From Candidatus Heimdallarchaeota archaeon (GTDB lineage Archaea > Asgardarchaeota > Heimdallarchaeia > Hodarchaeales > Hodarchaeaceae): a stretch of 64,000 bases of DNA. Below, piece after piece: positions 29,209-39,391 of the stretch (position 1 is the first letter of the stretch; each line of letters starts with the position of its first letter). The position numbers and the translations under genes are program-made. The notes beneath the pieces are model-generated. The model ran no database searches and was not told the origin of the DNA. It saw only the letters and a program-made list of their open reading frames with translations. The stretch covers positions 1,399,637-1,463,636 of the forward strand of contig CP070695.1 in the NCBI GenBank assembly GCA_020353515.1. Reading direction: 5' to 3'.

Positions 29209-30243
29209 ATGGCACCGAAGAAAAAAACTGAAACTATTGAAGCAACAAAAACAACAAAAGTTGATAAAACGACTAAAGCTGTGACATCCATTACGGATTT
29301 ACCTGGAATAGGCCCCTCCACAGCTGCAAAATTAGTAGAGGCTGGTTTCTCAACCTTAGAATCCATTGCAACTGTTTCAGTTGGTGAGTTGACCTCAATC
29401 GCAAGTATGGGTGAGAAAACGGTAAAAAAGATAATCGAAGCAGCACGAGAAGCACTTGATATCGATTTTGAAACTGCCAAAACTGTGTTGGCTCGTCGTA
29501 AGGATTTGGCTAAAGTTACGACTGGTAGTCAAAAACTAGATGAACTATTTGGTGGTGGAATTGAAACTGGATCCGTAACGGAGCTTTTTGGCGAGTTTCG
29601 GACAGGAAAAACCCAAATTGCCCACCAACTCTGTGTGACCGTTCAGTTGCCCCGTGAAAAAGGTGGATTACGAGAAAGTGACAATTATCCAAAGGTAGTG
29701 TATATCGATAGCGAAAGCACGTTTCGTCCAGAAAGAATACTCTCAATGGCAAGTCGTTGGCAGGATGAATTAGATGAAGATTTGTTGTTAGAAAACATTT
29801 TACACGGACGTGCTCACAATTCCGATCACCAAATGGTATTAGTAGAAAAAATGATTAAGGATTATTTGCCTACTGAGAATGTTAAATTATTAGTAGTTGA
29901 TTCTTTAATTTCACATTTTCGTGCTGAATATGTTGGAAGAGGGACTTTAGCAACACGGCAACAAAAGCTTAACCAACACATCCACACCATTCTCCGAGCT
30001 GCAGAAATTGGGAATCTAGCTGTCATTGTCACAAATCAAGTCCATGCCAAACCTGACCAATTTTTCGGAGATCCCACCCATCCAGTAGGAGGACATATCG
30101 TTGCTCATGCAGCGCAAACGCGGGTATACCTTCGTAAATCAAAAGGTGAACGTAGAATAGCCCGAATAGTTGATAGTCCTCTCCTTCCTGAAAACGAAGC
30201 AGTCTTTGGATTAGCGGAAAATGGGATTATAGATGTAACATAA
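29209..30243 (+). CDS. radA: DNA repair and recombination protein RadA
   Basis: Hh[14 protein letters not shown], polymerization motif [44 protein letters not shown]. No intein. Track starts at 29155; MAPKKK at 29209 is likelier. Confidence 0.97.
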   Translation: MAPKKKTETIEATKTTKVDKTTKAVTSITDLPGIGPSTAAKLVEAGFSTLESIATVSVGELTSIASMGEKTVKKIIEAAREALDIDFETAKTVLARRKDLAKVTTGSQKLDELFGGGIETGSVTELFGEFRTGKTQIAHQLCVTVQLPREKGGLRESDNYPKVVYIDSESTFRPERILSMASRWQDELDEDLLLENILHGRAHNSDHQMVLVEKMIKDYLPTENVKLLVVDSLISHFRAEYVGRGTLATRQQKLNQHIHTILRAAEIGNLAVIVTNQVHAKPDQFFGDPTHPVGGHIVAHAAQTRVYLRKSKGERRIARIVDSPLLPENEAVFGLAENGIIDVT

Positions 30244-30308
30244 TCAAATTTTTATATTTAAATTGTAAAAAAAAGACGATAGATCAAATATAGTATGTAT
30301 CCACATAC

Positions 30309-30527
30309 ATGCAGGATACAACAAAAGAGCATCTCAGATATTATCCGATATATTATGAGGAAGGCGAAACATGGATATTTAATGAAACATATGAATTATA
30401 TGGGCACAATAATAGTGATCCTGACGCAGGGTATATTATGATAGGGAGCACTCCTCACAATTGGTATTTACATCCTGACACAGAGAATAGAGTGACAACC
30501 TATATTGATATTTACGATGGATTCTAA
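30309..30527 (+). CDS. Short hypothetical ORF, possibly a gene fragment
   Basis: 72 aa, Y/W/N/D-rich like an extracellular beta domain but no signal peptide; in-frame TAG at 30291 upstream. Confidence 0.3.
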   Translation: MQDTTKEHLRYYPIYYEEGETWIFNETYELYGHNNSDPDAGYIMIGSTPHNWYLHPDTENRVTTYIDIYDGF

Positions 30528-30615
30528 GATGAGAACTATATCCCTGACTTTTTTTTCTAAACAATTTTGTACCAAGAGATATGATAAATATGAGAAAATA
30601 GAAAGGAGAAATATT

Positions 30616-31275
30616 ATGTAATCACTTCAAGAAAAGAGTAACAATAGGTCAAGAATCTTTCTGGAGATCTGTTTAATTTTTGTCATAATTCTACTTTTTT
30701 TTAGTACTCCCCTACAAGTTGGTTCAACACAAAATAGAGTTTTATTGATTGATGAAGAGGGGATATTTAGCTTATCAAACACTTCAGATCGGTATATCTT
30801 ATTCAAGGAGACAATATATGCAAATGAAAGACATATTGGTACCACTTGGAACCTAACTATTGAGATTTCGAGTAATTCTAGTACTGGAGTGAAGTTCTCA
30901 TTTGAGAGTCAAGCTACAGACTGGTTTGAAGGCATTAAGGAATTCCAAGTGGACCCCAACAAGGCTCGTTCGGAGGTATATATTGCGCATTGCACATCTG
31001 ATGAAACACCAGGCTTTAATTTCCTATATTCTTTACTTAGTCCTGAAAAAAATGCTAGTGGAATATATAAAATCGAGAGAATTCATCCTGGGTATCTTTT
31101 GGATGAGGGGTCGGATCAATCATGTGTTTGGGATATTTCTGCGTGGTTAAAGCGAACTATTTCTACTTCATACTCATCTATTGGATCTAGTCAAGCTGTA
31201 CCAAGTTTAACTTTCATTCTTTGTCTTATTACACTAGTCTATGTAGACTTAATTACTGGTAAAAAAAAGGCGTAA
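30616..31275 (+). pseudogene. Surface protein gene with a stop at codon 2 (ATG TAA); downstream frame open and carries signal peptide and C-terminal anchor
   Basis: AAGGAG..ATG(30616) TAA, then the same frame stays open through RSRIFLEICLIFVIILLFFS into the 30745 ORF, which ends VPSLTFILCLITLVYVDLITGKKKA. Confidence 0.55.
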
Positions 31276-31434
31276 AAATGCTGGTAGATAAAGAATTCTC
31301 CTATTCTGAATGCAAACTTCTACAAAAATGTTCGTTTCATTCATTAAATGATCCAAGCATGTGAACTGCTGAAATACGTGATGATCGAATTTCTGAATGG
31401 CGAGTTTACTGGTTAGATCAGAGGGATTGAAAAA

Positions 31435-32217
31435 TTGTTTGAATATTGTTGTCACTACCTTAGTATAAATACGAAGAAGATTTTTATTGTTCTTCTTTGC
31501 TCTTTTCTACTCTGTAGAAGCTCCCCCAACATAAATTTTGCGTTAGGTCACTCCCCAGAGCCTACATCAGAAACTTATCCAGTCATTGATCCAGATTACT
31601 ACACCGTTAATGTCAGATCAGGAGAAAAAAGGAGTTATAATATCACTCGATTCATTAAGCTGCAGTCTAATGGAACATATATTCGAGAGGGTAAGATAAA
31701 TGTATTGGAATTTGACCAAGTTAAAGAAGGACAGACCTTAGTCGTAAAAGTTACGAAATCGTCAAATGAGATCATCCAATATGAGATCTCAATCCAATTC
31801 GATAATAATACTCTTTTAACTGGTCCTAAATCTACAATCTATAGAAGTAACGGCATGAAGAATGATTTTCGTTTCATAACGACTACCAACCAGACGCTAA
31901 TTGAACAATGGGTCGAGAAAGATTCAAATACTCAATATAACATCACATCAGATTTTTTCTCTATTAAATTTAGTAATAAATTCAATACCTATGAATATGC
32001 TTTTGACTTACGGACTGGTTGGCTAAACCAACTTCATTATCAGCATTTGAATACCACACATCTCATTGAGGAGTATCAAATAATTGCTTTTGAAAAGTCA
32101 GGATCTTTCTTTTCACCAAGTTTTAGTTATTTAGAAATCCTTGTTTTTGGAGTTGTTTTACTGATTTTTATCTTATTAAAAGGTAAAAGACATAAGAATA
32201 GGATTCTAAAAACTTGA
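31435..32217 (+). CDS. Secreted, C-terminally anchored hypothetical protein
   Basis: KKIFIVLLCSFLLC signal, YAFDLRTGWL, C-terminal SPSFSYLEILVFGVVLLIFILLKGKR. Confidence 0.65.
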   Translation: MFEYCCHYLSINTKKIFIVLLCSFLLCRSSPNINFALGHSPEPTSETYPVIDPDYYTVNVRSGEKRSYNITRFIKLQSNGTYIREGKINVLEFDQVKEGQTLVVKVTKSSNEIIQYEISIQFDNNTLLTGPKSTIYRSNGMKNDFRFITTTNQTLIEQWVEKDSNTQYNITSDFFSIKFSNKFNTYEYAFDLRTGWLNQLHYQHLNTTHLIEEYQIIAFEKSGSFFSPSFSYLEILVFGVVLLIFILLKGKRHKNRILKT

Positions 32218-32478
32218 TATAATGAATAACTATATTAAATAATCTCGTATAAAGAACTCATTTAATTGGATATAAAAATGTTAGATGTCATCATTTTCAA
32301 AAGTATGTTCCAAATGTCGCTTTTTCAGGGTATTTAAAAATAAAAGAATGGGTTTTTCTCTAGTTCTTACCCTGAGAGGAGAGATTGAGCCTTCAAAAAT
32401 CAACAATTGTATATTTGGAGACAGAGCGACTTAGTAATGACTTAAAAAAATATACCAATGGATTATTTGACGACATTC

Positions 32479-33072
32479 TTAGAAAATCAGTCTAGTTTTC
32501 AATAATCCTTTGTGATTAAGTAAGTCCTTTAATGATAATAAAAAAGAGAGATTTACGTTATTTTCTTGCTCGAATTTCTTCATCAGTTCTTTATTAGGCA
32601 ATCTATTGATGAAAACAAATATTGAGGCAACTTTCGCTCCATGGTTACGAATCATGTTCAATAATGGTATTTTACTTCCACCTGAAGTTATAACATCATC
32701 AACCAATAATATCCTTTTATTAGAAATATTTCCTTCAATTAATTTTTGTGTTCCATGTTTTTTACGTTCTAAACGAGCCAAAAAATACTTTTTCTTCAAT
32801 TTAAGAGCTAAAGACACCCCTAAAGGAATACCTGCTAATGGTGGGGCTATAATACCATCGAAAAAACCAATATTTTCTGAAGTTCGGATATAATCCGCTG
32901 CAATATTAGTAATTTCTTGAAATTCTGCTGGATAATTAGGTAAAATTCTCAAATCAATATAAAAAGAAGACCTTGATCCATTTTTTAATTCAAAATCACC
33001 AAATCTTAGCACATTAATCTTTTCTAAAGTAGAAATCACCTGCTTTGTTAACGCTAATGATAATCGGGGCAT
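32479..33072 (-). CDS. pyrE: Orotate phosphoribosyltransferase
   Basis: FGDFELKNG.RSSFYIDLR, RKKHGT, LLVDDVITSGGS PRPP motif. Start at MPRL (track 33105). Confidence 0.92.
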   Translation of the reverse strand: MPRLSLALTKQVISTLEKINVLRFGDFELKNGSRSSFYIDLRILPNYPAEFQEITNIAADYIRTSENIGFFDGIIAPPLAGIPLGVSLALKLKKKYFLARLERKKHGTQKLIEGNISNKRILLVDDVITSGGSKIPLLNMIRNHGAKVASIFVFINRLPNKELMKKFEQENNVNLSFLLSLKDLLNHKGLLKTRLIF

Positions 33073-33145
33073 GAAAATACTACCACTAATGAATTGAAAA
33101 ACCACTTTTTAAAAAGTTTTAAAGTTGAAAGAGTTTTCTTGAATT

Positions 33146-33928
33146 ATGAGTTTCTTAAAGCTTTTATCAGCTTCTAAGGAAGAATCAAGAAGTAATGTTT
33201 GTATCGGATTAGATTTAGCCGTATATGGAAGCCGAAAAGAAAAAACTCTTCAAATTGATGAGGAAAAAACGGAAGTAATCCTTAATCTTATTGACAGTCT
33301 CTATCCTTATTGTTGCTCCTTCAAGGTAAATCGCCAATATATTCTAGATCTATCAGTGGCTCAAATACAGAATATAACTGCAAAAGCTCATGAATATAAC
33401 CGTCCTATTATTGTTGATCATAAAATTTCTGATATAGGACCTTCAAATGAGCAAATGCTGTATCACTGTAAACAAGAAGGATTTGATGCGTTTACAGCTA
33501 GTCCTTTTCCTGGGAATGTAAAAGAAATCTGCACCTTATCTCATTCATTTGGATTATCCTCACTAATCCTAGTTTTAATGTCCAATCCTGAAGCAGAATG
33601 GATGAAAAGAACCACTTTAAATGGAATCCCACTCTACAAATACTTAGCTCGCTTAACAAATAAATATGCTCAAGGTGCCGTTGTTGGAGCCGCTGGACAT
33701 GTTGGGATGAAAGAATTAAAAATTATCGCAGAGGAAATTTCTGGCAAAGTAATTTTATCTCCAGGTGTAGGAGCACAAGGAGGGGAAGTAAAGAATTTAT
33801 TAACAGCATTCAAAGATGATGTCATATTCAACATAGGACGAGGAATTATTTATCATAAGAATCCAGTAGAAGAAATAAAAAAGTACAACAAATCTATTGA
33901 ATCAATCTATCAATCACTGGGTCTTTAA
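33146..33928 (+). CDS. pyrF: Orotidine-5'-phosphate decarboxylase
   Basis: CIGLD, DHKISDIG (DxKxxD), MSNP, PGVGAQGG, GRGI. Confidence 0.92.
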   Translation: MSFLKLLSASKEESRSNVCIGLDLAVYGSRKEKTLQIDEEKTEVILNLIDSLYPYCCSFKVNRQYILDLSVAQIQNITAKAHEYNRPIIVDHKISDIGPSNEQMLYHCKQEGFDAFTASPFPGNVKEICTLSHSFGLSSLILVLMSNPEAEWMKRTTLNGIPLYKYLARLTNKYAQGAVVGAAGHVGMKELKIIAEEISGKVILSPGVGAQGGEVKNLLTAFKDDVIFNIGRGIIYHKNPVEEIKKYNKSIESIYQSLGL

Positions 33929-33929
33929 A

Positions 33930-35165
33930 TTGCTTTTAAAAAATGCCTCGATATGGTATCGTGAGCAAATTATTCATGGTCACGTTCTTGTGGATGAATT
34001 AACTGGTTTAATTAAACGCATCTCTCTTTCAAACACAAGTTCTGCAGATTCTGTAATTAATTTGAAAGGAAAGCTAATCATTCCAAGTCTCGTTGACATT
34101 CATTGTCATTTAAGGGATTTTGAAGAGAGTCATAAGGAAACATATGAAACTGGGGCTCTAGCAGCAGCTGCAGGGGGATTTACGACAATTTTTGACATGC
34201 CCAATAAAATAAATCCTATTAATTCTTCTAAAAGTCTTAATATGGCTGTAGAAAGAGCTGATAGAATCCAGTCTTGTGAGATCATCCCTTATGTTCTTTT
34301 GAATAAAGGAACAGAGGCCTCACTAATTTCTAATTACCCTTATTCGAAAGCTTATCTTGGAATTACGACTGGAAATTTTAGAACTGATGTTTCAGAAGTT
34401 GCAGCTTTTTTAATCCAATCATCAGGAGTACTAGCTGTACATTGTGAAGATAATGAAAGAATCAATAACAATCTAAAGAAGTTTCAAGCTACTCTAGAGA
34501 ATCATGGAAAAATCCGAGATCCTCAATCTGAGGTACTAGCAATCAAAAATCTGCTAGAAACAACAAAAGATATAGTAACAAAAGGAAAATTACACATTGC
34601 TCATGTTACACTTCTAGAATCAATAGGAATTTTACACTCAAAAAATATTTCCTTTGAAGTAACTCCACACCATTTATTTCTGAACAATGATGATTTATAT
34701 CAACTTGGTGTAAAGGGGAAAATGAATCCTCCATTAAGGTCAAAATTAGAGCAAAAAAAATTGCTAGAGGCTTTCCTTGCAAATCAAATACCAATAATTA
34801 GTACTGATCATGCTCCTCACACAAAGCAAGAGAAGGAAGATCTGGAATTAGCTGGAGTCCCTGGTTTGGAAACGTGTCTCCCTCTTCTATTTCATTATTG
34901 TAAACCTTTAGATATGCGAAAATTAAAGCTTATCATAAATGCTTTGGCAATTAATCCACGGGTTCTAATGAATTTATCTGAAAAAGGGATTATTGTTGCA
35001 AATGAGCCAGCTAATCTGACAGTTATAGATCGAAAAAAGACTAAGGTGGTTCGAGGAGAAGATCTTAGAACTAAGTGTAAATGGAGTCCATGGGAAGGAT
35101 ATGAACTATTGGGATGGCCAGTACTTACCATTCGAGAAGGTAAAATTGCGTTTAATGACCTTTAG
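33930..35165 (+). CDS. pyrC: Dihydroorotase
   Basis: DIHCHLR, AAAAGGFTT..DMPN, VHCED, HIAH, EVTPHHL, KMNPPLR, STDHAPH. Start at TTG 33930 just after pyrF stop (track 33897). Confidence 0.92.
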   Translation: MLLKNASIWYREQIIHGHVLVDELTGLIKRISLSNTSSADSVINLKGKLIIPSLVDIHCHLRDFEESHKETYETGALAAAAGGFTTIFDMPNKINPINSSKSLNMAVERADRIQSCEIIPYVLLNKGTEASLISNYPYSKAYLGITTGNFRTDVSEVAAFLIQSSGVLAVHCEDNERINNNLKKFQATLENHGKIRDPQSEVLAIKNLLETTKDIVTKGKLHIAHVTLLESIGILHSKNISFEVTPHHLFLNNDDLYQLGVKGKMNPPLRSKLEQKKLLEAFLANQIPIISTDHAPHTKQEKEDLELAGVPGLETCLPLLFHYCKPLDMRKLKLIINALAINPRVLMNLSEKGIIVANEPANLTVIDRKKTKVVRGEDLRTKCKWSPWEGYELLGWPVLTIREGKIAFNDL

Positions 35166-35185
35166 ATTCTCTATAAAGTATAATA

Positions 35186-36034
35186 TTACCTGAAAGAGTA
35201 CTTTGAACCATCAGCTCGTCTACCGAATTTTCCAAAATCTTCGACTTTCGCTAGTATGTTCCCGCGAAATACTGGACCATCTTGACAAATGCTAAGGCCT
35301 AAATCATCTAAAAAACATGATCCACAAATTCCGAAACCACATCGAATATAACGATCTGCTAAGCAAATTTGAGTGTTTTCTGCTAGATCATGATCCTGAG
35401 CAATTGTTAAAATTTTTCTAAGCATTAATTCTGGACCACAGGAATAAATTTCCCAGCCCGTTGGATCCTGCATGAGATCGTAAAAAGATATTTCCATTTT
35501 TTCGGACACTAATCCATCAAATCCATAGGATCCATCTTCTGTGCAAAATTCAGTAATAATAGGCAGTTTTTCAAATTCTTCTCTAAAAAGTAACTCGGTT
35601 TTAGTCTTAGCTCCTTGTACTAATACAATTTTGGGTGATTTAGAAGAAGTCCTAGTCATTTGGTGAATCAAAAAGCGTAAGGGCGCTATTCCTATCCCCC
35701 CAGCAACAATAAATGCATTTCTTGAAAATTTAAGATCAAATCCATTTCCAAATGGACCTCTTAGGCCTATCAAAGTATTAACTTCCTTCTTGATGATATC
35801 ATTTGTTGTAGGCCCGACTCCACGAATCGTAAAGGACATTATACTATTTTGATAATGACTAACTGCTATAGGAATCTCATCATTACCAGGCAGCCAGAGC
35901 ATGAAATACTGGCCTGGAATTACTTTCAATAAATTCCCTTCAGGTATTGAAAAACCGATTGATACAGTGCTTTCATTCTCAAAACATTTTCTAAGAATTG
36001 GTAAGCAATAAGGAAGGTCATAGCAATTAGCCAT
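35186..36034 (-). CDS. pyrK: Dihydroorotate dehydrogenase electron transfer subunit
   Basis: PGQYFMLW, RGPFGNGF, AGGIGIAP, CGPELM, CGFGICGSC...CQDGPVF [2Fe-2S] motif. Confidence 0.92.
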   Translation of the reverse strand: MANCYDLPYCLPILRKCFENESTVSIGFSIPEGNLLKVIPGQYFMLWLPGNDEIPIAVSHYQNSIMSFTIRGVGPTTNDIIKKEVNTLIGLRGPFGNGFDLKFSRNAFIVAGGIGIAPLRFLIHQMTRTSSKSPKIVLVQGAKTKTELLFREEFEKLPIITEFCTEDGSYGFDGLVSEKMEISFYDLMQDPTGWEIYSCGPELMLRKILTIAQDHDLAENTQICLADRYIRCGFGICGSCFLDDLGLSICQDGPVFRGNILAKVEDFGKFGRRADGSKYSFR

Positions 36035-36965
36035 GTGCCATCCCCTTTAACTCTTCTATAGTTAGATCTTCTCGAACAAGATAAGAATCTAGTCCATTTA
36101 ATAATTCTGTAATGAGAACCTTTGGTGATGAATAATTATGAAACGCAGAACCTATTTGAACGGCACTTGCTCCTGCTAATAGATATTCAACAACATCCTC
36201 CCATTTAGAAATCCCCCCTAATCCTATTAATGGAATTTTTGGTCCAATAGATTCAAAAAGATCGTAAATCGCTCTTAATCCAATAGGTTTGATAGCTCTG
36301 CCCGAAAGTCCACCTCTAATATTTCCTAATATTGGTTTTTTTGCTTCAATATCTATAAGTAAAGCCTTAATAGTATTAATAGCAACAAGAGCATCAGCTC
36401 CCCCTGATAAAGCTGCTTCTCCTATTTTTGTTATGTCGGAGATATTGGGAGTTAATTTAACCCAAATTGGAATATTAAAAGTAGTCTTAACCTCTTTAAC
36501 TATCTCTTCAACAACTTCGGGGTCTGTACCAACAGCCATCCCAAACCTTTTCGCATGAGGACAGCTTAAATTTAATTCAAAAGCTACAGGACTGGTCCTC
36601 ATTCTAACTTTTCTAAGGCAGTCTATTACAGAAATAAATTCATCGGGGGAGGACCCAAAAACTGATACAATTAGACTCACATCGGATTCAATATTTTGTA
36701 GTTCCTTACTGAATTTAGAACAACCAGGATTGGCTAATCCTATCGCATTGATAACTGAATGGATTTCTGGAAGATAAAGGACTGATGGATTCGGGTGTCC
36801 TTCACGTGGTTCAATACCTATTGATTTAGTTGTTACTGCCCCAAAACCTTCATGGAATGATCGGTTGAGGGTGGAGTAGGTTGATCCCAAAATACCTGAA
36901 GCTAAAATTAGCGGGTTTTTGATTTCAACATTCCCAATGGTGGTTTTTAGTTCTTTCATCATCAT
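36027..36965 (-). CDS. pyrD: Dihydroorotate dehydrogenase (class 1B) catalytic subunit
   Basis: NPLILASG, TKS, NAIGLANPG, ELNLSCPH, VKLTPN, INT, GGLSG, GASAVQIGSA. Confidence 0.95.
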   Translation of the reverse strand: MMMKELKTTIGNVEIKNPLILASGILGSTYSTLNRSFHEGFGAVTTKSIGIEPREGHPNPSVLYLPEIHSVINAIGLANPGCSKFSKELQNIESDVSLIVSVFGSSPDEFISVIDCLRKVRMRTSPVAFELNLSCPHAKRFGMAVGTDPEVVEEIVKEVKTTFNIPIWVKLTPNISDITKIGEAALSGGADALVAINTIKALLIDIEAKKPILGNIRGGLSGRAIKPIGLRAIYDLFESIGPKIPLIGLGGISKWEDVVEYLLAGASAVQIGSAFHNYSSPKVLITELLNGLDSYLVREDLTIEELKGMAHG

Positions 36966-36967
36966 TA

Positions 36968-37462
36968 TCAGAGCATTAATGAGATATGCTCGTGAATATT
37001 AAAAATTACATCACAATATGCGCATCGGAGGCTTATTGGGTGATGATCATCCAATACTGTAAATTCAGATTCAACATCCTCTTGTTGGCTAGTTATACAA
37101 TTCAACCCTGGACATTTTAATACTCCAGAAATTTTTTTGGGGATCTTGATTTTTTCTTTTTCAATTATTTTGTAGTCCTTGATATATGCGATATTACTAC
37201 CAGATATCAACAATCCCAATTTTTTAATATTTAAATCCTCTCTGTTCATATTACGTATCTTTAATATGTCTTTTCGCCCAAATTTACGTGAAGGAAGATT
37301 AATCGCTACAAACACAGAGTGAGGAAAGTTTTCATCAATATTCAATGCTTTTAATGCATAAAAGGCTCTTCCTGGAGGTGTAATGTGGTCAATAACTATT
37401 CCATTATCGATTTTTGCCACAATAAGCTCTTTTTCTGTCTTTTCTTCTAAATTATTCAACAA
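36968..37462 (-). CDS. pyrI: Aspartate carbamoyltransferase regulatory chain
   Basis: IDNGIVIDHI, GRKDILKI, CPGLNCIT, LRCAYC. Confidence 0.92.
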   Translation of the reverse strand: MLNNLEEKTEKELIVAKIDNGIVIDHITPPGRAFYALKALNIDENFPHSVFVAINLPSRKFGRKDILKIRNMNREDLNIKKLGLLISGSNIAYIKDYKIIEKEKIKIPKKISGVLKCPGLNCITSQQEDVESEFTVLDDHHPISLRCAYCDVIFNIHEHISLML

Positions 37463-38405
37463 AATTACCTCCCAATAGCTGATCTAAAATTGCCATTCGT
37501 ATGTAGACGCCATTTTTGGCTTGAGTGAAATATTTCGCTTGAGGAAACCGGTCTATTTCATATGGGATTTCATCCACCCTAGGTAAGGGATGTAATATCA
37601 ATGATGTATCCTTAACTGATTTGAGTAAGGATGTGTGTAGCTGATAGGAGCCTTTAACTTTCTGATAAAGCATTGGATCAGGAAATCTTTCTTTCTGTAA
37701 TCTTGTTACATAGAGAACGTCAATATCACTAATTACTTCTGAAATATTCTCTGTTTCGATTATTTCTAAATTCGTTTCTTTAAGATCCAATCGTAAGTCT
37801 TCTTGTAAACGTAAAGAAGGGTGGGAGATGAGATTAATTGTATTTCTGCCAAATTTACTTAAAGCTAAAAGGAGTGATGAAATTGTCCTACTATAACGTA
37901 AATCTCCCATAAGAGCAACATTCAATCCAGAGAGTCGGCCGAAATATTCACGAATTGTAAAAATATCAAGAAGCGCCTGGGTAGGATGTTCTTGACTACC
38001 TGATCCTCCCGAGATGACTGGCACTTCAAATTTTTGAGCAATCTCAGCTGCTAGCTTCGCTGATCCTCGTAGTGGATGACGAATTACGATTCCATCTGCA
38101 TAATTCGCCAGCATTGTTATTGTATCTGAAAGCGATTCTCCTTTCTCAAGAGAAGTTCCTGTACTACTTGAAAAACCAGTAATACTACCTCCAAGTCTTA
38201 ACATAGCAGTTTCGAAAGACAAGCGAGTTCGTGTGCTTGGTTCCCAAAAAGCTAAGGCTAGTATTCTTCCTTTGAGTCGAGTGTGGTAATGAGATGGATT
38301 TTGTTTAATCAATTTCGCATAATCTAGGATTTCAACGATTTCTTGCTCTTTTAAATCTCGGATTGCAATCAAATGAGAAGTTTTTGAAATCTGAATGCCA
38401 ACCAT
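37452..38405 (-). CDS. pyrB: Aspartate carbamoyltransferase catalytic chain
   Basis: FWEPSTRTRLSF, KGESLSDT, HPTQALLD, GDLRYSRT, TRLQKER, HPLPR. Confidence 0.96.
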   Translation of the reverse strand: MVGIQISKTSHLIAIRDLKEQEIVEILDYAKLIKQNPSHYHTRLKGRILALAFWEPSTRTRLSFETAMLRLGGSITGFSSSTGTSLEKGESLSDTITMLANYADGIVIRHPLRGSAKLAAEIAQKFEVPVISGGSGSQEHPTQALLDIFTIREYFGRLSGLNVALMGDLRYSRTISSLLLALSKFGRNTINLISHPSLRLQEDLRLDLKETNLEIIETENISEVISDIDVLYVTRLQKERFPDPMLYQKVKGSYQLHTSLLKSVKDTSLILHPLPRVDEIPYEIDRFPQAKYFTQAKNGVYIRMAILDQLLGGNFVE

Positions 38406-38564
38406 TATTGTTTCTCCTTATTATAGGTTATTATCTAAATAGATATTGAATTATAAGGATTTAACCATTGATTTCTTTTCTTCGAATGTAACCTACCTAA
38501 AAAAAGATGTTCATTAGTGTGTAAAGAAATTTTCTAGTCAAAAACAAGCGCATGTGTACATTTA

Positions 38565-39233
38565 TTAGAAAAAAGAGATTATCTCTTTCATATTCTTAGT
38601 CTGGCAAACAATATCTGATGCTTCAGCTACACGTTCAGAGCTTGGTTCAATTGTGATAGATAACCCTGCAACCTTAAACATATCAATATCAGCCGTTGAA
38701 TCTCCAATCGCTATTGAATTTTCAGGGAGCATCTTAAATTGTTTAAGAAAATTCCTTAGAACTTTTCCTTTCTCCTCCCATCCTATATTTATTTTAACTT
38801 CTCCTGAAATTCGATTATTATACCGTACAAGTTCGTTTCCAACCCAATAATCAAACTCAAGTTGAACAGCAATTTTCTTTACAATATCTTGGAGGCCCAT
38901 CGATAATATTATTAATATGCAGCCCTTACTTCTTAAGAAAGAGACGAGCTCCGTAATACCTTCCCTTAACTCGATACTAGCGATTGCCTTTTGATATTCG
39001 TCCTCTGTACGGCCTATCCAAGCTTCAGCATCAGCTTTACAGAATTCATAGTATGAGATCTCTCCTTTAAGGAAGCGATGTAAAATTGGTTTTCCATGAA
39101 TTTCCCATGTTCCAAAAAATTCATGAACAGCTTGCCATGATGATCTAAAATCTGTAGTTGTTAGAGTTCCATCTAAATCGAAAGCTACCAATGTATAATC
39201 TGATAATTGAAATCGTTCATTGTATTTTTTCAT
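38565..39233 (-). CDS. HAD-IB phosphatase (phosphoserine phosphatase-like)
   Basis: FDLDGTL motif I, LSMG motif II, K, GDSTAD motif IV. Confidence 0.85.
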   Translation of the reverse strand: MKKYNERFQLSDYTLVAFDLDGTLTTTDFRSSWQAVHEFFGTWEIHGKPILHRFLKGEISYYEFCKADAEAWIGRTEDEYQKAIASIELREGITELVSFLRSKGCILIILSMGLQDIVKKIAVQLEFDYWVGNELVRYNNRISGEVKINIGWEEKGKVLRNFLKQFKMLPENSIAIGDSTADIDMFKVAGLSITIEPSSERVAEASDIVCQTKNMKEIISFF

Positions 39234-39279
39234 GAAAGGAGGCTAGTGATAGCAATCAAAAATGATTTTCGATTGTGAT

Positions 39280-39295
39280 GAGAAAGTTTAATTAA
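39280..39295 (+). promoter_or_regulatory. Putative BRE/TATA promoter for kinase-NDT gene
   Basis: GAGAAAGTTTAATTAA about 100 bp upstream of ATG 39392. Confidence 0.35.
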
Positions 39296-39391
39296 GATAA
39301 GCCAGATGTTTGTTATCAAAGTACTGCTCCAGACTCAAGTCGTACAATGGAGATTTATCATACCTCCTCTTAATCAAAGGACGAAAGGAAA

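Noticed and set aside
30295-30310. ATGTAT-CCAC-ATACAT inverted repeat after radA
   Set aside because: Only 6 bp and AT-rich; expected by chance.
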